DNA of 64,000 nt from Thermodesulfobacteriota bacterium (GTDB lineage Bacteria > Desulfobacterota > Desulfobulbia > Desulfobulbales > SURF-16): contig JBFMAY010000007.1 in NCBI GenBank assembly GCA_040755455.1, positions 1 to 64,000 on the forward strand, written 5' to 3'. The notes under the pieces are model-generated. The model was not told the origin of the DNA and ran no database searches. It was given only the letters and a program-made list of their open reading frames with translations. A program made the translations under genes and the position numbers. Shown piece after piece: positions 38,877-48,424 of this stretch. Numbering within the stretch: position 1 is the stretch's first letter; each line of letters starts with the position of its first letter.

Positions 38877-39947
38877 TCAATTCTGGGAAGAGTCCCGCAT
38901 GGATGGCTCCCCTTCAGCTGCGGAAATGCGTTCAAGCATATCGAAGCCGAGGGTCTTGACCACCAGGATTCCGCCGATAAAAGCCCACAGATAGACGGTG
39001 AAAAACCGCCAGAGGATGACAAAAACCCCCAGGAAATGGATGGGAACCAGGGCTGCGAAAAGGGCGTATCCCCCGCCTTCGGCAATGCCGCTGCCGCCGG
39101 GAGTGGGGGTAAAATAGAGCAGGAAATAGAGGACGAACTGCACCATGAGCACCTGTGGGACCGGGACCTGGCAGTTAAGACCGTGGAGGATGGCGGAGGC
39201 GATCAGAAAATTGGCCAGCAGGGAAAGCGCGCAGCAGATAAAGGCCGACAGCAGCCTCGCTTTGCTGGCAAGAAAAACCGTTTTAAGCGATACGTGAAAG
39301 TCATGGAGCCAGTTAATCATCATTTCCTCCAGCCGCCGGCCATAACGGGCCGCAGCCGGGAAACGGTCCAGCCAACTGCCCCATGCCGAGATCATCTTCT
39401 CCCCTTTTTGCGGAAATAAGGAGAGTAATCCCGCCGAACAGAGCAGGAGGGAGAGAAAGACACCGATGGAGTGGAGGAGATATTTTATCAGGGCATTTTC
39501 AATAAGCTCCCCGTGGAAGAAGACAATCGCCGGCGTTGCCCCGGCGATGAGGGAAAGAATCATGGCTCCACGCAGGAAGATGACGCTGGTGGCCCTGCCA
39601 GCCGACATTTTCTTGCGGGTCAGCTGATAGAGCAGCAAAGGTTCGCCGCCGGTGACGGTGGGGGTGATGGTGGACAGGAACAGATAGAACAGGATCGATT
39701 TCACGCTGTAGGCGAGGCCGACATCGGTGCCGGCGGCCTCGGCGATCAACCGCAGGGTCATGCCGTCAAGGATCAGAGAGAGCTGCGCCAGGCCCAAGGC
39801 AACAAAAAAATCAGCCACCTGGATCTGTCGAATTTCCTCCAGGGTTTTCGGCCCCATGGTGAGCACGGCCAGGAGACCGAGCACGGACAGGCTGACAGCC
39901 AGAAAAATGCACAGCACATGTTTGATGGACAGTTTTTGCTGGCCCAT
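38877..39947 (-). CDS. Lysylphosphatidylglycerol synthase TM-domain / UPF0104 flippase-like protein
   Basis: ITPTVTGGEP, PTPGGSGIAE, LWRFFTVY; true start probably ATG 39947. Confidence 0.85.
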   Translation of the reverse strand: MGQQKLSIKHVLCIFLAVSLSVLGLLAVLTMGPKTLEEIRQIQVADFFVALGLAQLSLILDGMTLRLIAEAAGTDVGLAYSVKSILFYLFLSTITPTVTGGEPLLLYQLTRKKMSAGRATSVIFLRGAMILSLIAGATPAIVFFHGELIENALIKYLLHSIGVFLSLLLCSAGLLSLFPQKGEKMISAWGSWLDRFPAAARYGRRLEEMMINWLHDFHVSLKTVFLASKARLLSAFICCALSLLANFLIASAILHGLNCQVPVPQVLMVQFVLYFLLYFTPTPGGSGIAEGGGYALFAALVPIHFLGVFVILWRFFTVYLWAFIGGILVVKTLGFDMLERISAAEGEPSMRDSSQN

Positions 39948-40127
39948 GGCATTTCCCGCCTTTCCCCTTGCGGCAAAAGTCCCAGACGGTCGGGAGGATT
40001 TCCGGCGGCCGGGATTCTCACAACAAAATAACATACTTGAGGGGAGTGAGTAAAGGGTTGAGAACAGGCGTGACCGAAAGCGCCGGATTGTTGCGATTAA
40101 TTTATCAGAAAATCCCTGCCTCTGCCG

Positions 40128-40599
40128 GAAAAATTCACCGCCCAGGGGGCTGGCCAAGGCCTTTGAAAAGATGGGGGTGGACGGCCAGGCCATCCTCATC
40201 CCCAGGGCGCTCAAGGCCAGGGAGATCCTGCCGGCCAGGCTGGGGCAGGCCGGCGCCAAAGTGAGCGTGGTGACGGTTTACCAGAACAAGCGGCCGGAAG
40301 GCACGTATGAAACCCTGCGGGCCAAGCTGGCCAACAAGGATGTGGATATCGTCACCTTCACCAGTTCGTCCACCGTGACCAACTTTATCGACATGATCGG
40401 CGTGAAAGACAAACAGGAACTGCAGGAGCTGATGCGCGGCATCAAGATCGCGGCCATCGGCCCGGTCACCGGCAAGACCATCGAGGAAAACGGCCTCAAG
40501 GTCGACATCCAGCCGCAGACCTACACCATCCCCGATCTGGTGGATGCCATCGTCAAGGACGCCCGTCAGCATAACCTTGTCGGGCAGCGCATTCCGTAA
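40128..40599 (+). pseudogene. Duplicated 3' fragment of cobA/hemD
   Basis: 40128..40566 is nearly identical to 38301..38738 (a few substitutions plus one extra base near the 5' end); different C-terminal tail. Confidence 0.92.
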
Positions 40600-40620
40600 G
40601 CATTTTACCGAGATCTGCAC

Positions 40621-40665
40621 AAAAAAGCCGGGTTGCCCGTTATAAGGGCGGCCCGGCTTTTTTTA
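40621..40665 (+). terminator. Diverged copy of the hemD terminator
   Basis: AAAAAAGCCGGGTTGCCC..GGGCGGCCCGGCTTTTTTT. Confidence 0.8.
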
Positions 40666-40928
40666 TTGGCTGCGGGTAAGTGGTGCGCGGTGCCGCTTTT
40701 TATCCCTTGTTGTAATTACGGGAAAATGGGGGTGGATTTTTTATCTTCCTGCCATGCTATAGCAGTTTCTTCTTGCAAATTTTTTGAATGTGAGTTTTGA
40801 TTTTTCTGAATTGTTATTCATTTTGAGGAATATGGCGGGAGGAATACTGGAATCGATTTCTGTTTATCAGGGCAAATTGACCTGATAAACAGTGGTTGAT
40901 CAAGGTGCACCGCTGCGCTCTGCGCCTT

Positions 40929-41019
40929 GATCAACGGCCGGGTTGACCGGCAAATTTACAATGCTAATCAGTCGCAAGCGGCCATTAGCACGGCAAATTC
41001 GCCGGTCACCCCGGCCGTT
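40929..41019 (+). other. Integron attC-like site (core site interrupted by a MITE)
   Basis: R'' GATCAAC, 5-nt spacer, L'' GGTTGACC (one extra base), long stem, L' GGTCACC, 6-nt spacer, GTT. Confidence 0.65.
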
Positions 41020-41148
41020 GAGGCTGTAGAAAAACCCTTTTTGAGGCTGAAAATAGCGAAAATTAACTTTAGCATTTTAATAATATCAACTATATGCAAA
41101 ATAGCGAATTTGAGCTTTTATGCCATTTTTACTTTTTTCTACAGACTC
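41020..41148. mobile_element. 129-bp MITE with IS1182-like terminal inverted repeats
   Basis: GAGGCTGTAGAAAAA ... TTTTTCTACAGACTC (14/15 match); GTT on both flanks. Confidence 0.65.
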
Positions 41149-41179
41149 GTTAAATTCAAAAACTTAAAAAGGAGAAAAT

Positions 41180-41755
41180 ATGCGCCAATTTGCATTCTTA
41201 ATATTTATTTTAGCTTTTTTTTGTTCATCGTGCGCATTAACGCCACAACAAGTGAACATAAAACCTGATGTCCAAGTTAGATCTACAAATATCGGGCAGA
41301 ATAAGAAAATAACTCTGACTACTGTAGACGAAAGACTGAGTTCGACAATTGGGAACAGAGGTGTTGCAGGGTTTGGTGCAGACATCACAAGTGCAGGTGA
41401 TGTTGCTCAAATAGTTGAATCTGCAATTATTGAAGGACTTAATAAGCAAGGCTTTGACACATCTGGTTCACTTGAGAGTGATCCGAGAGAATTAAGAGTT
41501 GAAATTAGAAACTTAGAATATTCTCTCAAGCCTGGGATATTCACGGGTACTTTACGAACAGAATGTGCCCTTAAGGGTATCTGTAATATTAACGGAAAAA
41601 GACAGTATGAACATTTATATCGCGGTGGCTCAGAAGAACAAGTTTTAGTAGCACAGTTTGCAGAGGAAAATGCTAACCATATTAATAAAGCATTAACACA
41701 AGTAATAGTTGAACTACTCGATGATAGCAATCTCACTAGTTGCTTGGCAGATTAA
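41180..41755 (+). CDS. YajG-like lipoprotein, probable gene cassette
   Basis: Lipobox CSSC, V.DER..IG.RG motif; AT-rich; AGGAG SD 25 nt after GTTAAAT. Confidence 0.75.
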   Translation: MRQFAFLIFILAFFCSSCALTPQQVNIKPDVQVRSTNIGQNKKITLTTVDERLSSTIGNRGVAGFGADITSAGDVAQIVESAIIEGLNKQGFDTSGSLESDPRELRVEIRNLEYSLKPGIFTGTLRTECALKGICNINGKRQYEHLYRGGSEEQVLVAQFAEENANHINKALTQVIVELLDDSNLTSCLAD

Positions 41756-41763
41756 TAAATCTA

Positions 41764-41814
41764 ATCGGGTAGCTGGGGGATTTTCTCCCCCAGCCCCGCA
41801 CCACCTGGCATGCG
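41764..41814 (-). mobile_element. 3' remnant of a group IIC(-attC) intron (half of domain V plus domain VI)
   Basis: Minus strand CGCATGCCAGGTGGTGCGGG-GCTGGGGGAGAAAATCCCCCAGCTACCCGAT, abutting ATCTA (partial inverse core site). Confidence 0.75.
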
Positions 41815-41985
41815 TTGCTGGAAGGGGTTAAGTCCGCCGTTGACTTCTAATTCAAAAAAGCAAAAAAGGCTAATCAAAAGCCAAAAGCAGACTTGATAAT
41901 CTTCTATGGCGAACGTTAGGATGGGAGAAGCTATGCCTCTTATAAATTCACGTACAAGCTTACGACTATCGAGCAACCAAAATGA
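41815..41985 (+). pseudogene. 3' fragment of a decayed cassette gene
   Basis: Frame LLEGVKSAVDF*FKKAKK..GER*DGRSYASYKFTYKLTTIEQPK* ends 6 nt before GCCTAAC. Confidence 0.45.
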
Positions 41986-41991
41986 TTGCGC

Positions 41992-42031
41992 GCCTAACTC
42001 GGCGCTCCAGCCGGCGGCTCTGTCGTTATAT
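41992..42031 (+). other. Degenerate attC site (intact left half)
   Basis: GCCTAAC-TCGGC-GCTCCAGC..; right arm shortened, ends GTTATAT. Confidence 0.55.
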
Positions 42032-42171
42032 TTCAATTTGATAGATGAATTTCGGTGTTGTGCGGGCAGATATTTATCCTTGATATTCGAGATGCCGCCC
42101 CCCTTGTTTCTTCAATAGTCTCCCGTAGTTGTGTGCCCTATGGGAGGCGGGCTGGGCGCGGCTGTTGACTT

Positions 42172-43386
42172 CTATTCATCCTTGGTGGTGTGGCAGACAA
42201 AGCAGCCGGCGCCGTTGGCGCCAACGGCCGCCACCATGTCACTGTAATCCCACCGCAGGATGTCATTGTAATTGGTTGCATGGGCACCGTGGCAGGAGAG
42301 GCACATAACCACTTCAGTTCCGGAGGCGGCATCCACCGTGCTGCTCACGATGTTGGGGACAACGCCTGCCCGAGCAACCGGCGCCTCGACACTGTAGCTG
42401 TTATCGCCGTTATAGCCGGCATACTCGCCACTGTTTGGCAGGGCAATATCCGTGGGATGCCGGATAAAAGGGTTGATGCCGGTGCCGATGCCGGTGGAGC
42501 TCCCTACTGTCAGGGTGTGAAAGTTGCCGTGGCAGGTGGCGCAGAATTCGCTCATGGTATGGTTGGGCGGGCCAATGCCCTGGGCGTTGTGGCAGCTGGT
42601 TGCGGGAGCGCCGCATGAGAGCTGTTTCGGCATGGTCTGCCCGAAATATTCATTATGGTTTCCTGCTGAGACATTTTGCCATTTGCCGGCTGGATTCTGA
42701 TTCTCCAATCCCTTGACGGCATAGAGAAACCGGTAGCTGTTGGCCGGTTTGTCGGCAATATCACATTTGCCGTCAACATTGCCATGATGAGCTCCCTGCA
42801 GGGCGGTGATGCCGCTGCCGTAGGCGGCATTGTAACGGTAACCGTGGCAGCCGTTGGTGCCGGCACAGGTCAGGTTGCCATCGTTCACGATCCCTCCGGT
42901 ATTATGAAAAAAAAGCACCATCCCCCCAGGCGGACCATCGAGGTTTTCGTCGTTTTCACCCGGAAAGTCAATAACATTATGGCCTTTGGCGTCTGAGGCG
43001 CCGCTCCCTTTCGTGCCGAGCATATAGGCGAAATTGCCCCCGGCCAGATCGCCGGTGCCATCAGTATGAAGGACTTGCGGAATCTGCGTTTCGCCAATGC
43101 TGACAATCTTCGTATTTGAGGTCATGGCATGGCAGCCTGTACAGCTGCCGATGGTCAGGTAGGGGTTGGCGCCTCCGCCAAGCAGAGCCATCGCGGTGCC
43201 GTCCTGGCTGTTATGCATGGTATGACAGTTTGAGCAGGGACCTGAAATTGTGGCGTTGACACTTGCGGCAATCAACGGGAAACAGAGAAGAAAAGCGAGG
43301 AGCGGGAGGATTTTTTCGGGGAATCCGCTATTGTTTGCGGGTGAACCTCTGCGATAAAAGAAAAAAGACCTCGCGAGTAGACACAT
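42172..43386 (-). CDS. OmcS-like multiheme c-type cytochrome
   Basis: CSNCHTMHNS, CTGCH, GGNF, GHNV, CAGTNGCH, YRFL, MSEFCATCH, HP, VMCLSCHGAH, CFVCH; exact start uncertain. Confidence 0.8.
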   Translation of the reverse strand: MCLLARSFFFYRRGSPANNSGFPEKILPLLAFLLCFPLIAASVNATISGPCSNCHTMHNSQDGTAMALLGGGANPYLTIGSCTGCHAMTSNTKIVSIGETQIPQVLHTDGTGDLAGGNFAYMLGTKGSGASDAKGHNVIDFPGENDENLDGPPGGMVLFFHNTGGIVNDGNLTCAGTNGCHGYRYNAAYGSGITALQGAHHGNVDGKCDIADKPANSYRFLYAVKGLENQNPAGKWQNVSAGNHNEYFGQTMPKQLSCGAPATSCHNAQGIGPPNHTMSEFCATCHGNFHTLTVGSSTGIGTGINPFIRHPTDIALPNSGEYAGYNGDNSYSVEAPVARAGVVPNIVSSTVDAASGTEVVMCLSCHGAHATNYNDILRWDYSDMVAAVGANGAGCFVCHTTKDE

Positions 43387-43662
43387 TCCGGCACCTCCGG
43401 ATGATTTTTGGGGAAAAGTGGTGTGTAACTTTTACAAGTCCCATAAGGTCATTTCCAGCAAGTATTTTTTTTCTTTATCATTTTTGACGGTACTGAGTAA
43501 TTTTACCTATGTTGCAATAAATAATACATTTTTAACAAAAAGGCAAATCAATATGTTGCCAGCGCAGCGAACAAACTCGACCGGTATAACGAAAATCCGG
43601 CCGGCCGTTGTTGCATCTGCCCAAGCGACAAATAGAAGGTCATGCGGAAGGCATTGCCGATC

Positions 43663-45525
43663 TCAGTTTGTTTTAATGGCCACCGTGTGCCGTTTTCCCC
43701 CGCGCAGGCGGTGAAAAAGGAGGGGCTGTTCCCTGTGTTTTGCGGCCTGCTCGACCAGGGCGGCGAGCTCATTCGCACTGTTTACCGGGTGACTGTTTAC
43801 TTCGAGGATGAGATCTCCTGCCGATAAATCGGACTGCCAGCCGCCTGGTTGCGCGGCGAAAACCAACACCCCTGCAGCGTCTTGATTGGTCCTGAAGCCG
43901 GAGCGGAGTTCGTCGGTGAGGGTGGCAAGCCGGAGGGTGTGCTCGCCGACAGCGAGGTCCACCGGCTGATAGAGGACCTGGTCCATCAGCAGGGCCAGCG
44001 GCGTGGTCCCCCGTATTGACCGAAGTCCGTCAGAGACGGACGGCGCATTTGCTTCACCAAAAGTGAGCTGCAGCAATTTCCGCTCCCCTTTGCGGAAGAT
44101 TGTCAGCGCAAGAGTGTCATTGGCAACCTTGGTCCCCAGCTGTCGATCCGCCGATTGCAACTCCGCCGTCCTGCCCTCGACTTCAAGGATCACATCTCCG
44201 GCTGAAAGTCCGCCAGCCTCCGCCGGACTGGCCGGGGTGACATCCCTGATAAAAAGACCATGGGTGCTTGGCATGCCGAGGGAGCGGGCGAGTTCCCCTG
44301 TTATTTCCTCGTAGGTGATCCCCAGCCAGCCGGGCCGGATATGGAGCAGATTGGCCAGCGACCAGTCGATCCTTTCCCGGATTGGCGAATTGACAAAATA
44401 GCTATCCACAAGCTCTTCCTGCCGTAACTGCAGCCGCGCGGTTCGGTATCTTTCCACGGCAAGCGGGTGGTTGCCGCTCAGCTCGGCAAGGTAAGCCGTT
44501 AATGCCAGCAGCTTGGGTCCGTTATTGTTCTGGTCCCAGTTCTGCCCCTCGCCCGCCCACTCGAGCATGCCCAGCACCTCTGCCGGCTGGAAGCGTTGCA
44601 GAAGGTTCTGCAGCTTTTGGCCAAAACGTTCATCAGGATAGTAGAAGCCGGAAATCTCGCTGAGGATCATATGCTGCTGTTTTTCAGCAAGGGGGACGTT
44701 GTGCCGCCAGGATGCAATCATATCGCCGATAAGCAGGATATCGGCTCCCTCGACAGAGGTGGCGCGCAGCCAGTCAAAACGATGCTGCTGGACATAGTCC
44801 TGATGCCTGCCATCCTTCATGGCCATGGCGAAATGTTGCTCCGCGGCCTCGAGATTATTGCCGGCCTCCTGGCGCCATGTGTTGTCCAGCAAGCTCTCCG
44901 CCCAGAAAACATGGGCAAAGACATTATCGGCATCCAGGGCTACAGCCCGCTGGAAGTACTCCTCAATGGGAAATTCTTTATTCTGCGCAGATCGCCGCAA
45001 CTTGTTGGCCAGGCCGATATGGGCCAGGGCATCGGCGGCTCGCACCGGGTCGGCATCCACTGCGCCGCGATACAGGACCGGCAGCAATGATTCGTTTTTT
45101 TTCTGATCCCCTTCTTTTAAGCCGCGGCGGACCAGCATCATGGCCACGGCGACCTGTCTTTCGCCGGCGGCCCGTGATCCGGGTTGCAGCGCAATCGCCT
45201 GCTCGACCAGTTGCAGGGCGCTGTCGAGATCGCCGTACTCGATCTGCATGTCCGCCGCCTTGACCAGTTTCTGCACAGCCTCGGAGCGCTCCCGGGATGC
45301 CTGCAGCAGGCCGTGGAACTGAATGGAGCCGGCGATCAGTGAGAGCAGGGCCGTCACTGCGCCGATCCACTTCAGGGCCGTGCCGAGAAATTTCCAGCGC
45401 GCCCCTGATTGGGGCGATCCGCACTGGGGGCAGATCCTCGCCTCGCGCTGGATCTGTTCCCGGCAGGCGATACAGGCTTTGCGCTGCTCGGCGCGGTTGG
45501 TTTCGGTTTCAGTGGAGTCAGTCAT
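43663..45525 (-). CDS. Zinc-ribbon-TM-TPR-2xPDZ protein
   Basis: CIAC..CPQC, TM helix, TPR-like helices, GWLGI..SPAEAGGLSAGDVILEV, second GDLILEVN. Confidence 0.75.
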   Translation of the reverse strand: MTDSTETETNRAEQRKACIACREQIQREARICPQCGSPQSGARWKFLGTALKWIGAVTALLSLIAGSIQFHGLLQASRERSEAVQKLVKAADMQIEYGDLDSALQLVEQAIALQPGSRAAGERQVAVAMMLVRRGLKEGDQKKNESLLPVLYRGAVDADPVRAADALAHIGLANKLRRSAQNKEFPIEEYFQRAVALDADNVFAHVFWAESLLDNTWRQEAGNNLEAAEQHFAMAMKDGRHQDYVQQHRFDWLRATSVEGADILLIGDMIASWRHNVPLAEKQQHMILSEISGFYYPDERFGQKLQNLLQRFQPAEVLGMLEWAGEGQNWDQNNNGPKLLALTAYLAELSGNHPLAVERYRTARLQLRQEELVDSYFVNSPIRERIDWSLANLLHIRPGWLGITYEEITGELARSLGMPSTHGLFIRDVTPASPAEAGGLSAGDVILEVEGRTAELQSADRQLGTKVANDTLALTIFRKGERKLLQLTFGEANAPSVSDGLRSIRGTTPLALLMDQVLYQPVDLAVGEHTLRLATLTDELRSGFRTNQDAAGVLVFAAQPGGWQSDLSAGDLILEVNSHPVNSANELAALVEQAAKHREQPLLFHRLRGGKRHTVAIKTN

Positions 45526-45803
45526 AACGTATCTCCGGAAATGGTGAGGTCAGCAGGGACCGCCCCTCATCTGCGCCTGGGCGACAGCTGTGTCCTTCTG
45601 TTCCTCAGCCGGCAAGGGTATTGGCCGGTTCATCGCGCCATCTGGTTTTCATATCACAGATCCGGTTTTGTTGGCAGCATTTATTTATCAATGGGGGTCA
45701 AAACAGGGGGGGCGGATCGTTGCCGTGCTCATGTTGAAGGCGGGGAGGCATGCATGCTTCCCCCTTCTGCGCGATGAAGGAAAGAGATTCGGTGATGGTT
45801 CGC

Positions 45804-45841
45804 AAAAAAAGGGCCGGCACCTCATTGGCGATGCCGGCCCT
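45804..45841 (-). terminator. Rho-independent terminator of the rhodanese gene
   Basis: Minus strand AGGGCCGGCA..TGCCGGCCCT followed by a T run. Confidence 0.85.
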
Positions 45842-45896
45842 GTCAGCTCATGCAGGCGAACTGTTTATTGCCTTCAGCTGGGGATTACAGGAATGA

Positions 45897-47216
45897 TCAT
45901 GGCTTGATGATTTCGCAGTCACATGCCGCATCACTGATGTTGAGCAGCAGGAACTTCACATTGAAACCGTTATTAACCAGTTCCTTGTACGCCATATCCG
46001 CTCGGTCACCGGTGGAGCAGTGGACATAGATTTTTTTATCCTTGGGCAGCTCGTTCATCCTGTTTGGCAGTTCATCAAGGGGGATGTTGATGGTATTCTT
46101 GAACATGCCAAGCTCCGCAACTTCCTCTTTGGTCCGGGCATCAACGATAATCGCATCCTTGTCTTCTCCTGAAGCGGCCTTTCTGAAGTCCTCAACCGAT
46201 ACTTCTCCTTTGCCAATCTTGCGGACCCATTTGATCTCGGTGTTAAAGATCGGGCCCTTTTCGATGGCCTCACCGGATGCAACCCAACCGTTAAACCCGC
46301 CCTCCACAAGAGAAACAAAATTAAAGCCCTCTTCGCGCAGGTCCTTGACCGCATCCATTACCTCGTTTTCTCCATAAAGAATAATTGGCGCGTTACGGGG
46401 AACATCGTCAAGCCTGTCTTCGAGGTCCGCGTATGGCACACTGTAAGCGCCCTTGATGCGTCCTTCCACCGCTTTCTCGCTTGACCGGATATCAACAAGC
46501 ACAACATTGCCGTTTTTAATGAAATCCCGGGTTGAATAAGTGGGCAGATTAGCCTTGGACCAGGCAGGTTCACCATCAAGGTATACGCGGATGTTTTTAT
46601 AACCTAAATTTTTCGCCAGACCGGCGGAAGTAGTTGACATGCCTCACGTGGGACCTCCGCAGTAAAAAACCAGCGGTTGATTTTTGTCCGGTGGCAGCAA
46701 ACCCGCCTGCTTTTCCTGCAAGAGTGGAACGGGAATTGATAACGCGCCGGGAAGATGAGATTGTCCATACCTGGGGGCGGGACGCGCGTCCACCAGAAAC
46801 AGATCAGTGCGGTTTTTTATCAGTTCCTGCATCTCAGCTGTTTTTATTTCCGTGACCCCCTCAGGCAATTTAGCCAGTTTTGGCTTGATTTCCGTGGCAT
46901 ATTTATTGGTCCCCCGCATTTCAAACTTGATGATCGCGGCGTGTCCCTTGGCGGCATGTTCAACGCCCTTGGTCTGGTCGTCAAACATGAGCATTATGGT
47001 TTTTGCCTGATCGCCTTTGCCTACTTCAATGGAAACAGTTTTCGCCTTCTCCGATTTCCCTACGATCTCACCTGTGTAGACATTCTCTTCTTTTTGCTCT
47101 GCTTGTTGGGCTTGCGGCGCCGCAGTTTGTTTTTGCCCTTGATTTGCGGCGCAACCGAAATTGGTCAGGGCCACCATCAGGCACAATGGTATGAGTTTTA
47201 GAATTTTTTTTCTCAT
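45897..47216 (-). CDS. Triple-rhodanese lipoprotein, selenocysteine-containing (UGA at 46644-46646; 439 aa)
   Basis: Two track ORFs are in frame across ..YCGGPT-TGA-GGC-ATG..; the first rhodanese domain spans the stop; lipobox NFGC; SECIS-like hairpin follows. Confidence 0.9.
46611..46630 (-). promoter_or_regulatory. Bacterial SECIS-like hairpin
   Basis: UUCCGCC-GGUCU-GGCGAAA starting ~15 nt 3' of the UGA; GGUC apex as in the E. coli fdhF SECIS. Confidence 0.7.
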
Positions 47217-47732
47217 GAAGAATCTCCTTTAAGTGTTGGGTAAAAAAACTCAGTGCATTAATTCATAATTTTTATGATATGGAAAAGTGAATGATCCGTA
47301 TAGTTATTTTTACTAGTTTTTTTTATAAAAAATACGGGAGGGGGCATGGGATTGCGTTATGGTTGCATAGGGCTTATGGACTACATGCTTGCAGCCGTCA
47401 AATCCGGCCGGCAAGAAGCTCTGCCCAGTTGATGAACAACGGGTCGAAGTCGCCAGGAAAAAGAGCTTTATTTCTTTTTGCCATTGTGGTAGGGCATGCA
47501 AAAAAACAGCGGCAATATCTCGGCCATCCCGTTTCATGCGTCTGGGTTTCCTGCCCTGACCCGCAGAGGCTCCGGTAACTGTTTTTATGCGGGCCGCGGG
47601 GGCCTTTATCATCCTTGCTGTAAAAAATGGATAGAGTGCACATGAGAAAAAACGTACAGGTAGACTCGGGTTTGTTCTCCCTGGGAAGCCGCGATGATGC
47701 CTGGGGTCTCAGCCGGGAGTCATGGGGCTGAT

Positions 47733-48230
47733 ATGCATTTCCCAGCCCAATATTTCCGCGCCGGGGTTGGCGCGGTTATTACCAATGCCCAGGGGCTCAT
47801 CCTTGCCCTGGAACGGGCCGATATCCCTGATGCCTGGCAACTGCCGCAAGGGGGACTGGAGGCGGTTGAGGAACCACTGCAGGCGGCCTTCAGGGAGATT
47901 GCCGAGGAAACAGCCATCCCGGCAGGTGAACTGCAGCTTTTGCAGGCAAGCCCGGAACTGCTCGTCTATGAACTGCCCCCTGCCGCCCGGAACGTAAAAA
48001 CAGGGCGCGGCCAGGTGCAATACTGGTTTTTATTCAGCTTCAGCGGCCGTGACGAGGTAATTGATGTGGGGAGCGGTGGTGAATTCCGCAGCTGGCAGTG
48101 GATGCCTTTTGCAAGCCTGGTGGAGGCGGCGGCGGATTTCCGCAAGCCGGTCTACCGGCGGCTGATGAGACAATTCCGCTGCTGTTTCCCCAGGCTGGAA
48201 GCCGCGGTGCCGGATTGCTCCGCTACTTGA
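47733..48230 (+). CDS. rppH: RNA pyrophosphohydrolase (Nudix)
   Basis: FRAGVG, WQLPQGG..AAFREIAEET, GQVQYWFL, EFRSWQW, FRKPVY. Confidence 0.8.
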   Translation: MHFPAQYFRAGVGAVITNAQGLILALERADIPDAWQLPQGGLEAVEEPLQAAFREIAEETAIPAGELQLLQASPELLVYELPPAARNVKTGRGQVQYWFLFSFSGRDEVIDVGSGGEFRSWQWMPFASLVEAAADFRKPVYRRLMRQFRCCFPRLEAAVPDCSAT

Positions 48231-48424
48231 TAACCTCTCGGTATTTTTATCTGATTATTGAACCTTCCTTTACCTTCATTCGGATTTCTGCCATAATCTT
48301 CATATTCCAAGGATTATCCACCAGTAAAATTCTGCTATCAACCGGTCAAGATCATCCAGCGTCCGGGGTACTCTTGCTGCATGATTCCCTTACGGCTCAG
48401 AATTATGCAGAGGAGCGAAAAAAA

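Noticed and set aside
39948..40259. N-terminal extension of the 460-aa flippase ORF
   Set aside because: Runs through intergenic DNA and the antisense of the duplicated hemD fragment
40171..40599. Independent functional hemD gene
   Set aside because: Lacks the N-terminal part of HemD, has a frameshift just upstream and no evident RBS
45897..47216. Two separate rhodanese genes or a nonsense pseudogene
   Set aside because: An in-frame UGA at the catalytic loop plus a SECIS-like hairpin fits Sec recoding better
47290..47690. Moco/Tuco riboswitch or small ORFs upstream of the rhodanese gene
   Set aside because: Only a CCTCCCGTATTT fragment resembles the motif; the remaining conserved elements are absent
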